DNA of 64,000 nucleotides from assembly GCF_001194135.2 (NCBI RefSeq), contig NC_069004.1, positions 22,208,313-22,272,312 of the forward strand. The letters are read 5' to 3'. This document shows, piece by piece, positions 63,839 to 64,000 of the stretch (its first letter is position 1; each line of letters begins with the position of its first letter). Made by a program: the position numbers and the translations under genes. The stretch comes from Octopus bimaculoides. Taxonomy: Eukaryota. The notes below the pieces were generated by a model. It had not been told where the DNA came from. It made no database searches and worked only from the letters and a program-made list of their open reading frames with translations.

Positions 63839-64000
63839 GTGTAAATGAATATCATTCATTTCTAATATTCTGTGAGAATATGTCTGGCCATGAGGAAATA
63901 TTACTTCACCTGGAAACAGGTGAGGGCTAGTGACAAGAGGAGCATCCAGACAAAGAAAAATCTGTCTCAATAAGCTCCATCCAAACCAAGCAAGCAAGGA

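Noticed and set aside
1-64000. CRISPR arrays, operons or other prokaryote-type systems
   Set aside because: The regularly recurring sequences are dispersed SINE/LINE copies and microsatellites. There is no constant repeat with unique spacers, no cas-like ORFs and no gene-dense region.

Overview
AT-rich animal genomic DNA from a gapped draft assembly, with five large N-gaps. The repeat inventory (tRNA-derived SINEs with internal microsatellites, RTE LINEs ending in (GAT)n, dense (TA)n/(CA)n/(GA)n) is most consistent with an octopod cephalopod; this is inference from repeat content. The window reads as intronic or intergenic. I could not name a host gene. The best host-coding candidate is one minus-strand terminal exon (19197-19327); other candidate exons are weak. 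Nearly all ORFs in the supplied track are microsatellite or N artefacts or TE antisense frames. What is well supported is a layered TE record. LINE relics: RTE (three lineages), Tx1/L1, CR1/Jockey-group and R4-like. DNA transposons: a TIR- and TSD-bounded Merlin relic, a pogo-like element, mariner, hAT and piggyBac-type MITEs, Helentron/Helitron-type elements and a long foldback element. There are also at least three SINE types. The most interesting observations are a PHD-like Cys/His module inside an RTE reverse transcriptase, apparent microsatellite targeting by two LINE clades, modular SINEs that swap tails at an internal microsatellite, a candidate recursive-splice site, and long inverted repeats able to form dsRNA. 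I found no clearly new biological system. Boundaries were read by eye and may be off by about 10-30 bp unless a TIR or TSD is quoted.
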